Sequence record: OQ363659.1
Direction: 5' to 3' (one strand)
Length of the DNA: 64,000 nucleotides
Every line of letters begins with the position of its first letter. Position 1 is the first letter of the stretch. Shown here piece after piece: positions 1 through 9,256 of the stretch. Under the pieces are notes generated by a model. That model saw only the letters and a list, made by a program, of their open reading frames with translations, was not told where the DNA came from and searched no databases. The position numbers and the translations under genes are program-made.

Positions 1-123
1 GATACCGGTAGCAGGATCGTACGACACGCTATTCAATCCACGCTCAATGGTAAAACCGTTTGCTGCTTCTGGTTTTGCGATCAATGCATGGATCATATCT
101 GCTACACGTGCAAAGTTACCCAT
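1..123 (-). CDS. Hypothetical early protein, partial (runs off window)
   Basis: ATG at 123 with GGAG upstream; frame MGNFARVADMIHALIAKPEAANG... is open to position 1; lies downstream of an early promoter motif at 157-164. Confidence 0.65.
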   Translation of the reverse strand, partial: MGNFARVADMIHALIAKPEAANGFTIERGLNSVSYDPATGI

Positions 124-156
124 TTCAAACTCCATGATGGTTGTTATATCACGAGA

Positions 157-164
157 GTAATATA
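157..164 (-). promoter_or_regulatory. phiKZ-type early promoter core TATATTAC
   Basis: Exact TATATTAC on minus strand, just after a terminator and about 35 nt before the ATG at 123. Confidence 0.7.
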
Positions 165-193
165 GGCTTGTAGGAAAGTCTAATACGGCATAA

Positions 194-211
194 AGCCTCC
201 CGAAGGAGGCT
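194..211 (-). terminator. Intrinsic terminator
   Basis: AGCCTCC-TTCG-GGAGGCT hairpin followed by TTTATGCC on minus strand. Confidence 0.85.
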
Positions 212-656
212 AGCCGCGTGGGCGTGGTCTACCCATGCCTGGGTGTTGTCGTGTTGATTGTTCGCGTTGACGGATTTCGTACATCTTCTCTAGGATAGCC
301 TGTTGTTGTTCTGATGTAAACTCGAAGTGTTCCTTAGGAGGCGGATTGAACTTGTTTGGGTTAGGTGGGTTAGCATTCTGCCATGCTTCATCTACTGGAT
401 GGATGTAACCCCCAATATCGCCAAACCGTAAGAAGTCATTGAACTGGTCGGTACGCTCGAAGCAACGAATACGCCCTGCTCCACGAGAATGACCAATGTA
501 GAAGTCTGCCTTAGGTGGACACGTGTAATCAGCACCTGGGTCTATGGTTACATCAACACCGTTACTCTGAAGGAACTGAACGATATCAGCGTAATACTTC
601 CGAGCGATTTCATTGTTGATGTACTTGGGATTGCCTGTGATTAAGACTGCTTTCAT
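210..656 (-). CDS. Hypothetical protein with GHSRG (G-x-S-x-G) motif, possible minimal alpha/beta-hydrolase-like fold
   Basis: 148-aa ORF, FYIGHSRGAG motif; coupled to upstream gene. Confidence 0.6.
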   Translation of the reverse strand: MKAVLITGNPKYINNEIARKYYADIVQFLQSNGVDVTIDPGADYTCPPKADFYIGHSRGAGRIRCFERTDQFNDFLRFGDIGGYIHPVDEAWQNANPPNPNKFNPPPKEHFEFTSEQQQAILEKMYEIRQREQSTRQHPGMGRPRPRG

Positions 657-658
657 GG

Positions 659-1702
659 TTAGGCCGTTGTGGTTAATGGATACATCGTGCTTACCAGTTC
701 TTCGACCCGCATTGGTGTGTAGAACGGTGCTGTCAGAATAGCATCCCGATAGTCAGGGCTAGACAAGAAAAGCGTTACAGCGTTCTCTGAGGACGTTGCA
801 AGGGTACCCAGGTTCCATACTCGTTCATTACCCCGAGTGGTCCAGAACCAATCGGGTTTGAGCATGTCCATTAGTTGTACAAGCTTGGTTAACTGTGATG
901 GATAATCCGCAACGGTAATACCTTCAACGAATGCGAAGTTCGATAGTACCTTGGTAGCGAAGTCAGGAGTGTTTGCATTGAGTGCATTAGAACCGATGTT
1001 CTGTGTGCCGTCAGCATTCTTTACATTGGCATAGGCTAACAAGACATCTAACGAACTGGAGGCAGAGATCTTCTCAGCGGAACGTTTGATTACAGTAAAC
1101 TTGGTAGTGTCAGTTTTATCCTTGAGGACTTTATCGACCAGATCGGGAATACCCCAAGCAGATACTTCCTCTACAACACCACGCAGGATAGCTGCTTCTG
1201 CACCTAAGTCGAATAGCTTCAAGTTAGGGTTGTCTGTCAGGTCAGAGATAAACCCAACCATTGCACTGACTTGGTTATAGCCACCGTTCTTAAATGTGTC
1301 GATCAGTTGCTTACCGTCTTCAACCATCAACATTGCACCCCGTGCTACGTCTGTTGCTGTCTTGACATAGTTAGTGCTAGTGTCAGTGCCCGTCAGTTCG
1401 CCCATGATCATCTTTTCAGTAGAAGAGGCAATCTTGATAATGTCTGCACGAGAACCCTTCAGAGCGCCTTGTACGCGCTTTACGGCTGAGTTCAAATCGA
1501 TCGTGTTAGTACGGATCTTCTCACCGATACCTTTGGTAATGCTTACAGCTTTATCGAAAGCGTCACCTAAGCCTGAACTAAACGAGTCAATCTTGGATGA
1601 CAAAGCTGTACGGAGTTCTGATGATGTTTCGCCGTATGCATCTACTACTTTTGTTGCGTCTTCTGGAGAACCCAGAAATGACGGGAGTGCAATTATGCCC
1701 AT
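659..1702 (-). CDS. phiKZ-family putative virion structural protein
   Basis: 347-aa ORF, RBS AAGGA, TATG late motifs upstream; function inferred from synteny and character. Confidence 0.6.
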   Translation of the reverse strand: MGIIALPSFLGSPEDATKVVDAYGETSSELRTALSSKIDSFSSGLGDAFDKAVSITKGIGEKIRTNTIDLNSAVKRVQGALKGSRADIIKIASSTEKMIMGELTGTDTSTNYVKTATDVARGAMLMVEDGKQLIDTFKNGGYNQVSAMVGFISDLTDNPNLKLFDLGAEAAILRGVVEEVSAWGIPDLVDKVLKDKTDTTKFTVIKRSAEKISASSSLDVLLAYANVKNADGTQNIGSNALNANTPDFATKVLSNFAFVEGITVADYPSQLTKLVQLMDMLKPDWFWTTRGNERVWNLGTLATSSENAVTLFLSSPDYRDAILTAPFYTPMRVEELVSTMYPLTTTA

Positions 1703-1752
1703 GTTTACGTTCCTTGAAAAAAAAATAGAGGTTCATAAGATCAGGCATAGCA

Positions 1753-1770
1753 GCCTCCCCGAAGGGAGGC
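1753..1770 (-). terminator. Intrinsic terminator
   Basis: GCCTCCC-TTCG-GGGAGGC hairpin after gene 1779-2165. Confidence 0.75.
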
Positions 1771-1778
1771 CACTGTGA

Positions 1779-2165
1779 TTACAACGCTTCTACAACCTCA
1801 CGAACAATACCCAACCATTCCAGATCAGCTGAGTTAGCTTTATCACCGATATGTACCTCAGTGTTTCGGTTAGCTACCAGGCCGATCATTGGACGATTGG
1901 AGATATCCCGTTGCAACGCACCTTTCAGGATATCTTTCAGATCCCGTACAAACACATACGGCATCTGCTTTTGTGCCAATACATCGAAATCTCCTTGGTG
2001 CGTGGCGCGCAACCAAGCTGGCTCTAATGAACCAGTAATGAGATACATACGGAGACCGCGATACGTGCGGAAGTTCAAACCCGTGGCAGTTTGTTTTGGG
2101 GTGTAGTTATCGATCGAAAATGGATTCGTCGAACTGATCTTGCTCAGGTCCAGAACTTTTTGCAT
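1779..2165 (-). CDS. Hypothetical protein
   Basis: 128-aa ORF, TAATG-coupled to the upstream gene. Confidence 0.7.
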   Translation of the reverse strand: MQKVLDLSKISSTNPFSIDNYTPKQTATGLNFRTYRGLRMYLITGSLEPAWLRATHQGDFDVLAQKQMPYVFVRDLKDILKGALQRDISNRPMIGLVANRNTEVHIGDKANSADLEWLGIVREVVEAL

Positions 2166-2911
2166 TACGCGATCTCGCTGTACGGATTTTCGATAGTGGC
2201 AGAATACTCAGCATCAGGCATACTGAGGATCAAGTGCGGATCATCTGTCCACTTCAACTTCAAGGTGTACACTTCTTTTTGTGGTTTCAACAACAGGATG
2301 CCACGACGGAATACGTTCCACGAAAGCTTTCCATCCAAAAGCGCTCGCTTCATCATGCTGATCGTCGAGTTAAGTTCCGACTTCTTAACACCGACATTGT
2401 TTACGGGATTCTCGGAATAATCCTGGAACAGCTTTTCCCACTGAACTTCATCAACACCTTCTTTAGCGACGATGTGGCGGAACAGATAGGCCAGGGTAGA
2501 TACCGGTTTCTTGGCTTTGGTGAATACGTTACAACCTTCGTACGTGAAGATCTCTTTATACTGCTTGGCTTCATCAGCGGCAGGATCGATCAAGATCTCG
2601 TACGTAGTGCTACTACCGTCTCGCCAGGTATAATCCATCACCAACTTTGCTTCCATTGGTGATAGGAAGTCCATCGCTTTCTTGAACCCAGCCCAAGGCA
2701 GATCATCGTTCAGCAGTGCCTTGTTGAGATTACCCTTATCGGGCTTCTCTTGGTTATGGGGTTTCTCGAAATATGCGGTCAGACGTTTGTTCCAAACAAT
2801 CTGATTCACACGACGCCACAGCAGTACTTCCCGGAACAGGAAGCACAATACGCCTTGTGCACGATTCTTACCTTTAAGGGGATCGGTCAGTAGATCTTTT
2901 ACGGATTCCAT
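2165..2911 (-). CDS. Hypothetical jumbo-phage protein with internal domain duplication
   Basis: ATG at 2911 with AGGT RBS preferred over GTG 2923; the two halves share L-x-(F/Y)-LFR...W-x-K...Y...P-x-N...ALL...L-x-W..F...L-x-P...W-x-D. Confidence 0.7.
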   Translation of the reverse strand: MESVKDLLTDPLKGKNRAQGVLCFLFREVLLWRRVNQIVWNKRLTAYFEKPHNQEKPDKGNLNKALLNDDLPWAGFKKAMDFLSPMEAKLVMDYTWRDGSSTTYEILIDPAADEAKQYKEIFTYEGCNVFTKAKKPVSTLAYLFRHIVAKEGVDEVQWEKLFQDYSENPVNNVGVKKSELNSTISMMKRALLDGKLSWNVFRRGILLLKPQKEVYTLKLKWTDDPHLILSMPDAEYSATIENPYSEIA

Positions 2912-2965
2912 GTTGCTTCGCACCTACGGTGTACATTGAAAGGGTTTGATAGTGCTAAAACCATT

Positions 2966-3517
2966 TTATCTGGTAGAGGAATCTCCTTGGTCGTGAAGGA
3001 CGTCGACAATCAGATCCGACAGCGTATAGATGTCGAAGTACACATGCAGCATCTTGCGTTGCCCATAAGTACCCTCGATAGTTTCGAGAATACCACAGTG
3101 CGCTTGTAGCAGTTGACGCAGTTGTTCCAGACACTCTTTGATGTTCAAGTGTCCATGTACCGGATCGTAGAAGTAGTTATCCAGATCGACATCAGCTTGA
3201 TGCATCAATCCAGTCCGGGTTACGTATTCGATCCGAGAGTCTTGCTCATTAGCGATTGCGTCATTTGCATCCATCAATACCTGATGCAATTGAGCAAAGT
3301 TCCGATGCCGCAGTTGTCCGACGTGTCCCATCACATCACGAATGGCCAGACCATCCAGTAATGACATATCAAACAACCGCCAGAATTCTTTGAGTTTGAC
3401 GGGGTAGTCTTCAGGTTTGCAGTTTGCCCCGTCGATGTTGTCGAGGACGTCTGCATAGGTTTCAAGCAGGGAATTACGGCGCCAACGCCTGTAATAGTTG
3501 ATGATCTTCGAGAACAT
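2966..3517 (-). CDS. Conserved hypothetical jumbo-phage protein
   Basis: 183-aa ORF with GGAG RBS. Confidence 0.7.
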   Translation of the reverse strand: MFSKIINYYRRWRRNSLLETYADVLDNIDGANCKPEDYPVKLKEFWRLFDMSLLDGLAIRDVMGHVGQLRHRNFAQLHQVLMDANDAIANEQDSRIEYVTRTGLMHQADVDLDNYFYDPVHGHLNIKECLEQLRQLLQAHCGILETIEGTYGQRKMLHVYFDIYTLSDLIVDVLHDQGDSSTR

Positions 3518-3600
3518 CTTATGAACTCCAGAATGCCGATTACGGTATATTGTTAATCAGTTGAGTATTCATTTACTCGCAAAGAATAAGGAACACTGTC

Positions 3601-4053
3601 ATGACTCATGCAGCTACCGCAATGACTATCGATGAACAGATTGCGTGGGGTCAGGAAATCCGTGAATCCATCGTCATCGAGAAGATGGCGAAAGGGTTAG
3701 GCTCCTGCGATAAGGACGACTTTGATATCATCCTTAAAGCCACGAAGGACCACACACAGTCCGCTATCCAAAACCGACGTAACCAGATTGAAGAACAAGG
3801 CAACAAGTCCAACAGCGATATGCTGAGTATGATGGCCGAGTTCATTCGGATGCAGAAGAACCGTAACCCATTCGAACGTACTCCTGAAGAAGCAGGTACT
3901 GTGGGTGAGGGTGCTGCTCCTAACCTCAAGCTGGAAGAGCTGGGTGACTACACCCATGCTACCGGTGAAGATCACATTGGTGTGATCAACGAAACTTCCG
4001 ATCAGTTCCAGGAACGCATGAAGCTAATCCGGGAACAGCAGGAAGAGGCATAA
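3601..4053 (+). CDS. Conserved hypothetical jumbo-phage protein
   Basis: 150-aa ORF, AAGGA RBS, strong codon bias, ends at a bidirectional terminator. Confidence 0.75.
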   Translation: MTHAATAMTIDEQIAWGQEIRESIVIEKMAKGLGSCDKDDFDIILKATKDHTQSAIQNRRNQIEEQGNKSNSDMLSMMAEFIRMQKNRNPFERTPEEAGTVGEGAAPNLKLEELGDYTHATGEDHIGVINETSDQFQERMKLIREQQEEA

Positions 4054-4070
4054 AAAGAAAATCGACACTA

Positions 4071-4097
4071 GCCCCTCTCCTTTTTAGGGAGAGGGGC
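4071..4097. terminator. Bidirectional terminator between convergent genes
   Basis: GCCCCTCTCC...GGGAGAGGGGC stem. Confidence 0.8.
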
Positions 4098-4103
4098 AGT
4101 ATG

Positions 4104-4265
4104 TCATTCTGCGGTGGTTTCAGCGGATGGAGCAGGCAGCAACGCCGGTTCTTTTACTTCTTCGAACTCGGCATCGACAACATTCGATTCGCCGTTGATG
4201 CAGCGGTAAGCCAGGTAACCCAGTGCAACGAGACCAGCTACGCCTGCAACGGTGGACAGTTTCAT
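4104..4265 (-). CDS. Small membrane protein, 53 aa (absent from ORF track)
   Basis: AGGAG RBS; MKLSTVAGVAGLVALGYLAYRCINGESNVVDAEFEEVKEPALLPAPSAETTAE; N-terminal hydrophobic segment and acidic tail. Confidence 0.75.
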   Translation of the reverse strand: MKLSTVAGVAGLVALGYLAYRCINGESNVVDAEFEEVKEPALLPAPSAETTAE

Positions 4266-4282
4266 GTATTGCTCCTAATGGA

Positions 4283-4450
4283 TTATTTGTTTCGCAGATA
4301 ATCAACAGCAACGGCGGTTGCGACTACGCCGATTGCAATGTATGCAGCATGGTGCCAGCTCGGGTCAGACTTCTTGATCGTGCGACGATCAATATTGACC
4401 TTGCCAGTTTTGGTGTTAAACGAGACTTTGCCAATTTTGATCGTAGCCAT
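4283..4450 (-). CDS. Small membrane protein, 55 aa (absent from ORF track)
   Basis: GAGG RBS; MATIKIGKVSFNTKTGKVNIDRRTIKKSDPSWHHAAYIAIGVVATAVAVDYLRNK; basic N-terminus and C-terminal TM segment. Confidence 0.75.
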   Translation of the reverse strand: MATIKIGKVSFNTKTGKVNIDRRTIKKSDPSWHHAAYIAIGVVATAVAVDYLRNK

Positions 4451-4460
4451 GGTTAGATCC

Positions 4461-4718
4461 TCAGGAGAGTAGAAGTCCGATAAGTTTGAATACAGACCAC
4501 ACCGTGTATATGCCGGTGGAAACCAGCAGTAGTACCAGTGAGACCTTTTGGGTGATGTATGTGATCACCGCAGCTTTGCTATTGACCAACATCAACAGCA
4601 GCATGGAGATCAGATCCAGCAGTGTAGCCCCGAACCATTTCATGACCAAACAGATCAGCCATAGTACCAGGGTTGTTTTGAATACGGGGTCAAGCGAAGC
4701 GAGAAACGCTGCAAGCAT
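4461..4718 (-). CDS. Small polytopic membrane protein
   Basis: AGGAG 6 nt before ATG 4718; highly hydrophobic, 2-3 TM segments. Confidence 0.75.
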   Translation of the reverse strand: MLAAFLASLDPVFKTTLVLWLICLVMKWFGATLLDLISMLLLMLVNSKAAVITYITQKVSLVLLLVSTGIYTVWSVFKLIGLLLS

Positions 4719-4745
4719 TTGCATCTCCTGACTATATCCACAATT

Positions 4746-4753
4746 GTAATATA
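4746..4753 (-). promoter_or_regulatory. Early promoter core TATATTAC
   Basis: Exact motif upstream of the small membrane gene trio. Confidence 0.75.
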
Positions 4754-4772
4754 GTCATCTAAAAGTTTTGAA

Positions 4773-4997
4773 TTAGGTGCGTACCGGAACAGGATCGGTA
4801 AAGGTCATTTCAACGACTGGTACAGTATCGCCATTAACCTGCTGCCACTCGATACTGAGAGAACTGATGCGTTTCAGTACAGATGGATCACGTTCAGCCA
4901 GAGCATCCGCAGTAGCCAGGATCGCATTCAGTTTATCTGTAGACTTACTGTTGGTTGGACGAGTCAGTTGATACAGTTGGTTTGCAAGGTGCGACAT
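4773..4997 (-). CDS. Hypothetical early protein
   Basis: 74-aa ORF, AAAGG RBS, in the early cassette. Confidence 0.7.
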   Translation of the reverse strand: MSHLANQLYQLTRPTNSKSTDKLNAILATADALAERDPSVLKRISSLSIEWQQVNGDTVPVVEMTFTDPVPVRT

Positions 4998-5000
4998 GAT

Positions 5001-5414
5001 TCAGCCTTTCAGGTTTTTGATTTCTTCGTAAACGTAACCGTCCCACAGGGAACGAGCACGGAAGTCTGGTTCAGTGATGATACCAACTTTACGCATGTCA
5101 CCATTTGCATCGATGGTGTGTTGGTAATCAGTGAAGTGTACTAATTTGCTACCGAGTGCGTTTGCGCGGAACAACCATGCATCAATTTGATCCGTGAAGA
5201 AATGCACTTCTTCCTGGAACACATTGGCGATATCTTGTTTGTCGCAGTGGCCTACCTTAACGGCAAAGAACCACTTGGACTGATCCATCGAGTTGTCGAA
5301 AGAACAAGCCCACATCGTCACATGTCGATCGGTATCATCAAGCCGACTGATACCTGCATGTGCCATAGGTGTACGGAACTCCGGGAGTTTCTCTTTGAAG
5401 TAGTTGCGTTCCAT
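5001..5414 (-). CDS. Hypothetical early protein
   Basis: 137-aa ORF directly downstream of an early promoter. Confidence 0.75.
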   Translation of the reverse strand: MERNYFKEKLPEFRTPMAHAGISRLDDTDRHVTMWACSFDNSMDQSKWFFAVKVGHCDKQDIANVFQEEVHFFTDQIDAWLFRANALGSKLVHFTDYQHTIDANGDMRKVGIITEPDFRARSLWDGYVYEEIKNLKG

Positions 5415-5455
5415 TGTTACCTACGTTCCTCTTTCTTTCGTTATATACCACAGAT

Positions 5456-5477
5456 GTAATATAGATCTGAGATTTTA
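5456..5477 (-). promoter_or_regulatory. Early promoter AAAATCTCAGATC-TATATTAC
   Basis: Exact core plus an upstream element shared with 55697 and 59162. Confidence 0.8.
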
Positions 5478-5500
5478 TGGAGTCGACAAAAAGGTCACCC

Positions 5501-7993
5501 TTAAAGGATGACCATGTTTTTGTTGTATTGCTCTGGGACTGTTACGTTGGTTGGATCGAGTACTACAAACTCCGCTTGGTTGAATGCACCATGAGTAGAT
5601 TGGAAGTGAGAGATGTAGAAGATCTGTTGGTACTGGCCGAGTTCAATCAGACGACCAATGAATGGTACCAAGTTAACCCGGTGTTGTTCATCGAAGGTAC
5701 GACCGAATTCATCTAACATCAATGGATAGTCATCAAAGCCCATGAACTTCAGCAACGCTACACGGAATGCGAAGTTAACGATCTCTTTCTGTGAATCAGA
5801 ACCCATGTCAATGTCGGTAGGTTCAACAGCGCCATTACCTACGTTGAGTGGGAACTTGTAATCGAGATCATCACGATCGATCTTCGATGGCAGAACTTCC
5901 ATTGGGTAAGTCCATACGTCATCGATCACGGTGTTAACTAGTTTCGTTACACCTTGCAGGAAGCCCAGCATGTACTGACCAATCAATCCACCTTTAGGTG
6001 ACAACGCTTTAGCCAGCAGTTGGAAATCGGTATGTGCATCAGCAGCATCCGCTACTGTTTCTTCCAGCAAACGGATCTCGGTGTCACGGCGTTCAGCTTC
6101 ACGCAGTCGATTACCGACGTGTGCCAGTTGTTGGTGAGTTGCGTCGATCTCAGATTCGAATGCTTTATCCAGCAACCACTCCGAGTGTTGCAGAGCTTTG
6201 TCACGCCATTCCTGATAACGATTCAACAGACGTTCAACTTGACCAATGAAACTATCAACTTCGTTACCCGAGTGGATATACGCTTCGATAGCATCACGAG
6301 TCGATTGTTGCGCCAACAGTTTATCATTGATCTCAGATTCCAATACAGCTGCACGTTGCAGCATGTAACCAGCAGCATCGAAGTCAATCGCTTCGATTAC
6401 TTTCAACCGAGCTTCGATCTGCTTAGCGTGTTCCAGTTGGATCTCGGAATCAATCATGGCACGTTGAGCATCATGCCAATACACGACTTCCGACGAGATC
6501 TGTTTCGGCAAGCGGAACAGTCGTTGATCAGTAGCCATCCACTCCCACACTTGTTGGAAGTCGCGATGGTCACGATTGATCTGTTGGAACTGCTGTACGT
6601 AACCAGCGTATTCAGTAAACCGTTCCAGCCATTCTTCGATACCACGGATTTCGTTCTGGAACATCTTCTCAGCTTCAGAAGCTCGACGCAGTTTCTCTTC
6701 CAGACGAGGAATGTCCGTTGGGTCTACACCCGGTACGAATGTGTGTTGGCAATTCGGACACTGGACGTGATCACAACCTTTCAGCGTAGCAATACGACGC
6801 ATGGTTTCTGAGATGAACTCTTCTACCGAACGCAGCTTCTGCTTGGATTCAGCTAACTGCACTTTACGAGCTTGTGCATTGGCAGTCGACAGATCACCAT
6901 CTTCATTATTCGGGATGGTCATGACAACAGTGTACACACGATCGAATGCATCTTCGAGTCGTGCCAGTTGATCACCGAACAAACCCGTACGGCACAATGG
7001 GATCTGACCTTGGTATGCTTTCACCATAGCGCTACGTTCTTCAACGATAGCCATGTGATGAGCCAAACGATCACGGAGTTCTTGGATTTCCTCAGGAGAG
7101 ATCTTATCGATCTGTGCTGGGGTAGTTGCACGAACTGTTTCGAGTTCTTCGAGCAATCGATCGATTACAGCTTGCGAAGCTTGTACGTTAGCCAGACGTT
7201 GGTTAACGATCTGGTTGTACTCACCTTTGTCTGCAACACGAACACGATCGTTCAGTCGTGGATGCATACGCAACAGACGTTTAGCTTCAACTTGGATCAA
7301 TACGAGTTCATCGTTGGCATGACCTACATCTTTGAATCGTTGCTTGGTACCGGGATTACGATGCAGGAACAATGTGTTAACACGATCAGTCAAACGCTGA
7401 CGTTCTTGACGCATCCGAGAAATCTCAGAATCATCCAGCATGTCAATGTTCTCATTAGCCAAACGTTTCGTCATGTGATCGATAACGTTCTTCTCAGCAC
7501 GAGCTGCATCATTTACTTTCGACAGCAAGTTAAAAGCATAGCCCAGGTCTACTGGAGATGCACGAGTCAACCAATCCCGTCGTTTGTTGACAGGTAGTTG
7601 GGAAAACTTAGTACGACCTGTGATCAAGTCTTGAATGTCTTGTTGCAAACCGAACTCTTGCTTGCACAGATCGAGTTGAATCTGATACGTCCCGCCTTCG
7701 TTCAGTTCGATATCGTTACGGAGGAACGAGTGATGGCCAGTGCCTTTATCGTATACTGAGGTCAGAACATACCTTGCATTCTTATGCAAGCAGTGTACTG
7801 TCTTGGAACCATTCTTGTCGAATTGAGAATGGTGAGATGGTAATGGACTCAGTTCGTCTAACAGAGAGGACTTACCCGATCCGTTCGAACCGATGATGAC
7901 CATGAGGTTCTTGGTCGGCGTCCATTCGAGAGATTGGATATTGGACAACATCAAACGCTTGTAACGTTTGAGTTGTACTAGTTGTAAATACAC
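5501..7993 (-). CDS. sbcC: SbcC/Rad50-like SMC ATPase (phiKZ gp165-like)
   Basis: Walker A GSNGSGKS, long coiled coils, CPNC zinc hook, signature MGSDSQK, Walker B LMLDEFG; GTG start. Confidence 0.93.
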   Translation of the reverse strand: MYLQLVQLKRYKRLMLSNIQSLEWTPTKNLMVIIGSNGSGKSSLLDELSPLPSHHSQFDKNGSKTVHCLHKNARYVLTSVYDKGTGHHSFLRNDIELNEGGTYQIQLDLCKQEFGLQQDIQDLITGRTKFSQLPVNKRRDWLTRASPVDLGYAFNLLSKVNDAARAEKNVIDHMTKRLANENIDMLDDSEISRMRQERQRLTDRVNTLFLHRNPGTKQRFKDVGHANDELVLIQVEAKRLLRMHPRLNDRVRVADKGEYNQIVNQRLANVQASQAVIDRLLEELETVRATTPAQIDKISPEEIQELRDRLAHHMAIVEERSAMVKAYQGQIPLCRTGLFGDQLARLEDAFDRVYTVVMTIPNNEDGDLSTANAQARKVQLAESKQKLRSVEEFISETMRRIATLKGCDHVQCPNCQHTFVPGVDPTDIPRLEEKLRRASEAEKMFQNEIRGIEEWLERFTEYAGYVQQFQQINRDHRDFQQVWEWMATDQRLFRLPKQISSEVVYWHDAQRAMIDSEIQLEHAKQIEARLKVIEAIDFDAAGYMLQRAAVLESEINDKLLAQQSTRDAIEAYIHSGNEVDSFIGQVERLLNRYQEWRDKALQHSEWLLDKAFESEIDATHQQLAHVGNRLREAERRDTEIRLLEETVADAADAHTDFQLLAKALSPKGGLIGQYMLGFLQGVTKLVNTVIDDVWTYPMEVLPSKIDRDDLDYKFPLNVGNGAVEPTDIDMGSDSQKEIVNFAFRVALLKFMGFDDYPLMLDEFGRTFDEQHRVNLVPFIGRLIELGQYQQIFYISHFQSTHGAFNQAEFVVLDPTNVTVPEQYNKNMVIL

Positions 7994-8052
7994 AGTAAAA
8001 AGCCCCCTTCCTTATTCTTAGCGCCGTTGTCTACATTAGATCTGGCTCTAGA

Positions 8053-8060
8053 GTATATTT
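8053..8060 (-). promoter_or_regulatory. Putative middle promoter AAATATAC for sbcC
   Basis: Fits the AAANNTAC phiKZ middle motif; in the divergent intergenic region. Confidence 0.5.
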
Positions 8061-8075
8061 TTCAAGGAATACAAA

Positions 8076-8945
8076 ATGGAACAAGCTGCACCTAAACCAA
8101 TAAGCGGCCAAGCCGTATCCATGTTCCGATTAGTATCGATCGGTACATCAAAAGAAAACAAACCACGGGGTTCTACACTGCTTAACGTTCTCATGAACGA
8201 GAAGGCAATGGCTACCGATGGTGAGATCAAGTTCGACCCCAAAGAGGTCGTACGGGAGTTCCAGGACTCCAGTGGAGCTACCCATCAAGTAAAGACCACA
8301 GCAGAGCGTTCTGTTCCTTGTGAATGGTTACCCTCGGAAGATAACCGTGCTACGCCACCGGATATCATGCGTAACGAAATCGTAGAGGTCTGGCGTCTAG
8401 GTGACTCGGATAAATACTTCTGGCGTTCATTAGCTCTCAAGAACGGACTCCGTGCATTAGAGTCAGTTGTGTATACCTGGAATGCTTCTCCTAATCCAGG
8501 TGGTGCTGGGATAGACTTCACCACGTGTTATTACCTAGCCGTATCAGCCCATGACAAGCATTTCACGATCGGTACGTCTAAAGCCAATGGTGAGCCCTAT
8601 GCTTGGACAATGCAGTTCAATACGGGTGAGGGAGAGTTCACAATCACCGATGACATTGGTAACGAGTTCGAGATCGTTTCCCGTGACAATCGACTGCAAC
8701 TGAAGAACCCTGATGGTACATATCTCAAGCTGGAGAAACAGATCATCGAGATGTCTGCTAACCAATCGATCGAAATGATCGTAGGTGGTACTCGGTACAA
8801 GATGGTTCCTGACACTATCACGGCCACCACACCGAATCACATCATACAGGCTTCTGCTACGATCAGCCATACCGCTCCACAGGTTACAATCGGTAGCGGA
8901 CAAGTAACTATCAATGCCCCTGGTGGGTTTGCTATTGTGGGGTGA
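8076..8945 (+). CDS. Baseplate central spike, gp5/VgrG-like (phiKZ gp164-like)
   Basis: OB-fold-like N-terminus, short beta-strand repeats at the C-terminus, immediately followed by a PAAR gene. Confidence 0.75.
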   Translation: MEQAAPKPISGQAVSMFRLVSIGTSKENKPRGSTLLNVLMNEKAMATDGEIKFDPKEVVREFQDSSGATHQVKTTAERSVPCEWLPSEDNRATPPDIMRNEIVEVWRLGDSDKYFWRSLALKNGLRALESVVYTWNASPNPGGAGIDFTTCYYLAVSAHDKHFTIGTSKANGEPYAWTMQFNTGEGEFTITDDIGNEFEIVSRDNRLQLKNPDGTYLKLEKQIIEMSANQSIEMIVGGTRYKMVPDTITATTPNHIIQASATISHTAPQVTIGSGQVTINAPGGFAIVG

Positions 8946-8948
8946 TCC

Positions 8949-9215
8949 ATGCCTGGTATTGCAAGAGTAGGTGTAGATTCTGCGGGTGGTGTTATTAGTG
9001 GAACACTACAGACAATCGCAACTATCAATGGAGCCCCTATAGCGGTCGTAGGAGACGATGTGAGTGGTCATGATACTGGCGCTCATGCTGGCCCTAAAAT
9101 GGCTCAGGGGAGCTCCATATTCACTATTAACGGCATCCCTGTGTGCCTAGCTGGACATAAGGCTAGTTGTGACCACCAAACGACTGGTGATCCTAAACAC
9201 ATGTGTTCCAGATGA
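8949..9215 (+). CDS. PAAR-repeat spike tip protein
   Basis: IARVGVD, PIAVVGDDVSGH...H, PVCLAGHKASCDH repeats with His/Cys zinc ligands. Confidence 0.9.
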   Translation: MPGIARVGVDSAGGVISGTLQTIATINGAPIAVVGDDVSGHDTGAHAGPKMAQGSSIFTINGIPVCLAGHKASCDHQTTGDPKHMCSR

Positions 9216-9225
9216 GACAGCATAA

Positions 9226-9247
9226 AGCCTTCCCGGAGGGGAAGGCT
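9226..9247. terminator. Bidirectional terminator
   Basis: AGCCTTCCC...GGGAAGGCT flanked by GCATAA and TATGTC. Confidence 0.85.
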
Positions 9248-9256
9248 AATATGTCG

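Noticed and set aside
5477-5716. 79-aa plus-strand ORF, and the 84-aa minus-strand ORF at 17460-17714
   Set aside because: Each overlaps a well-supported gene on the opposite strand and lacks an RBS.
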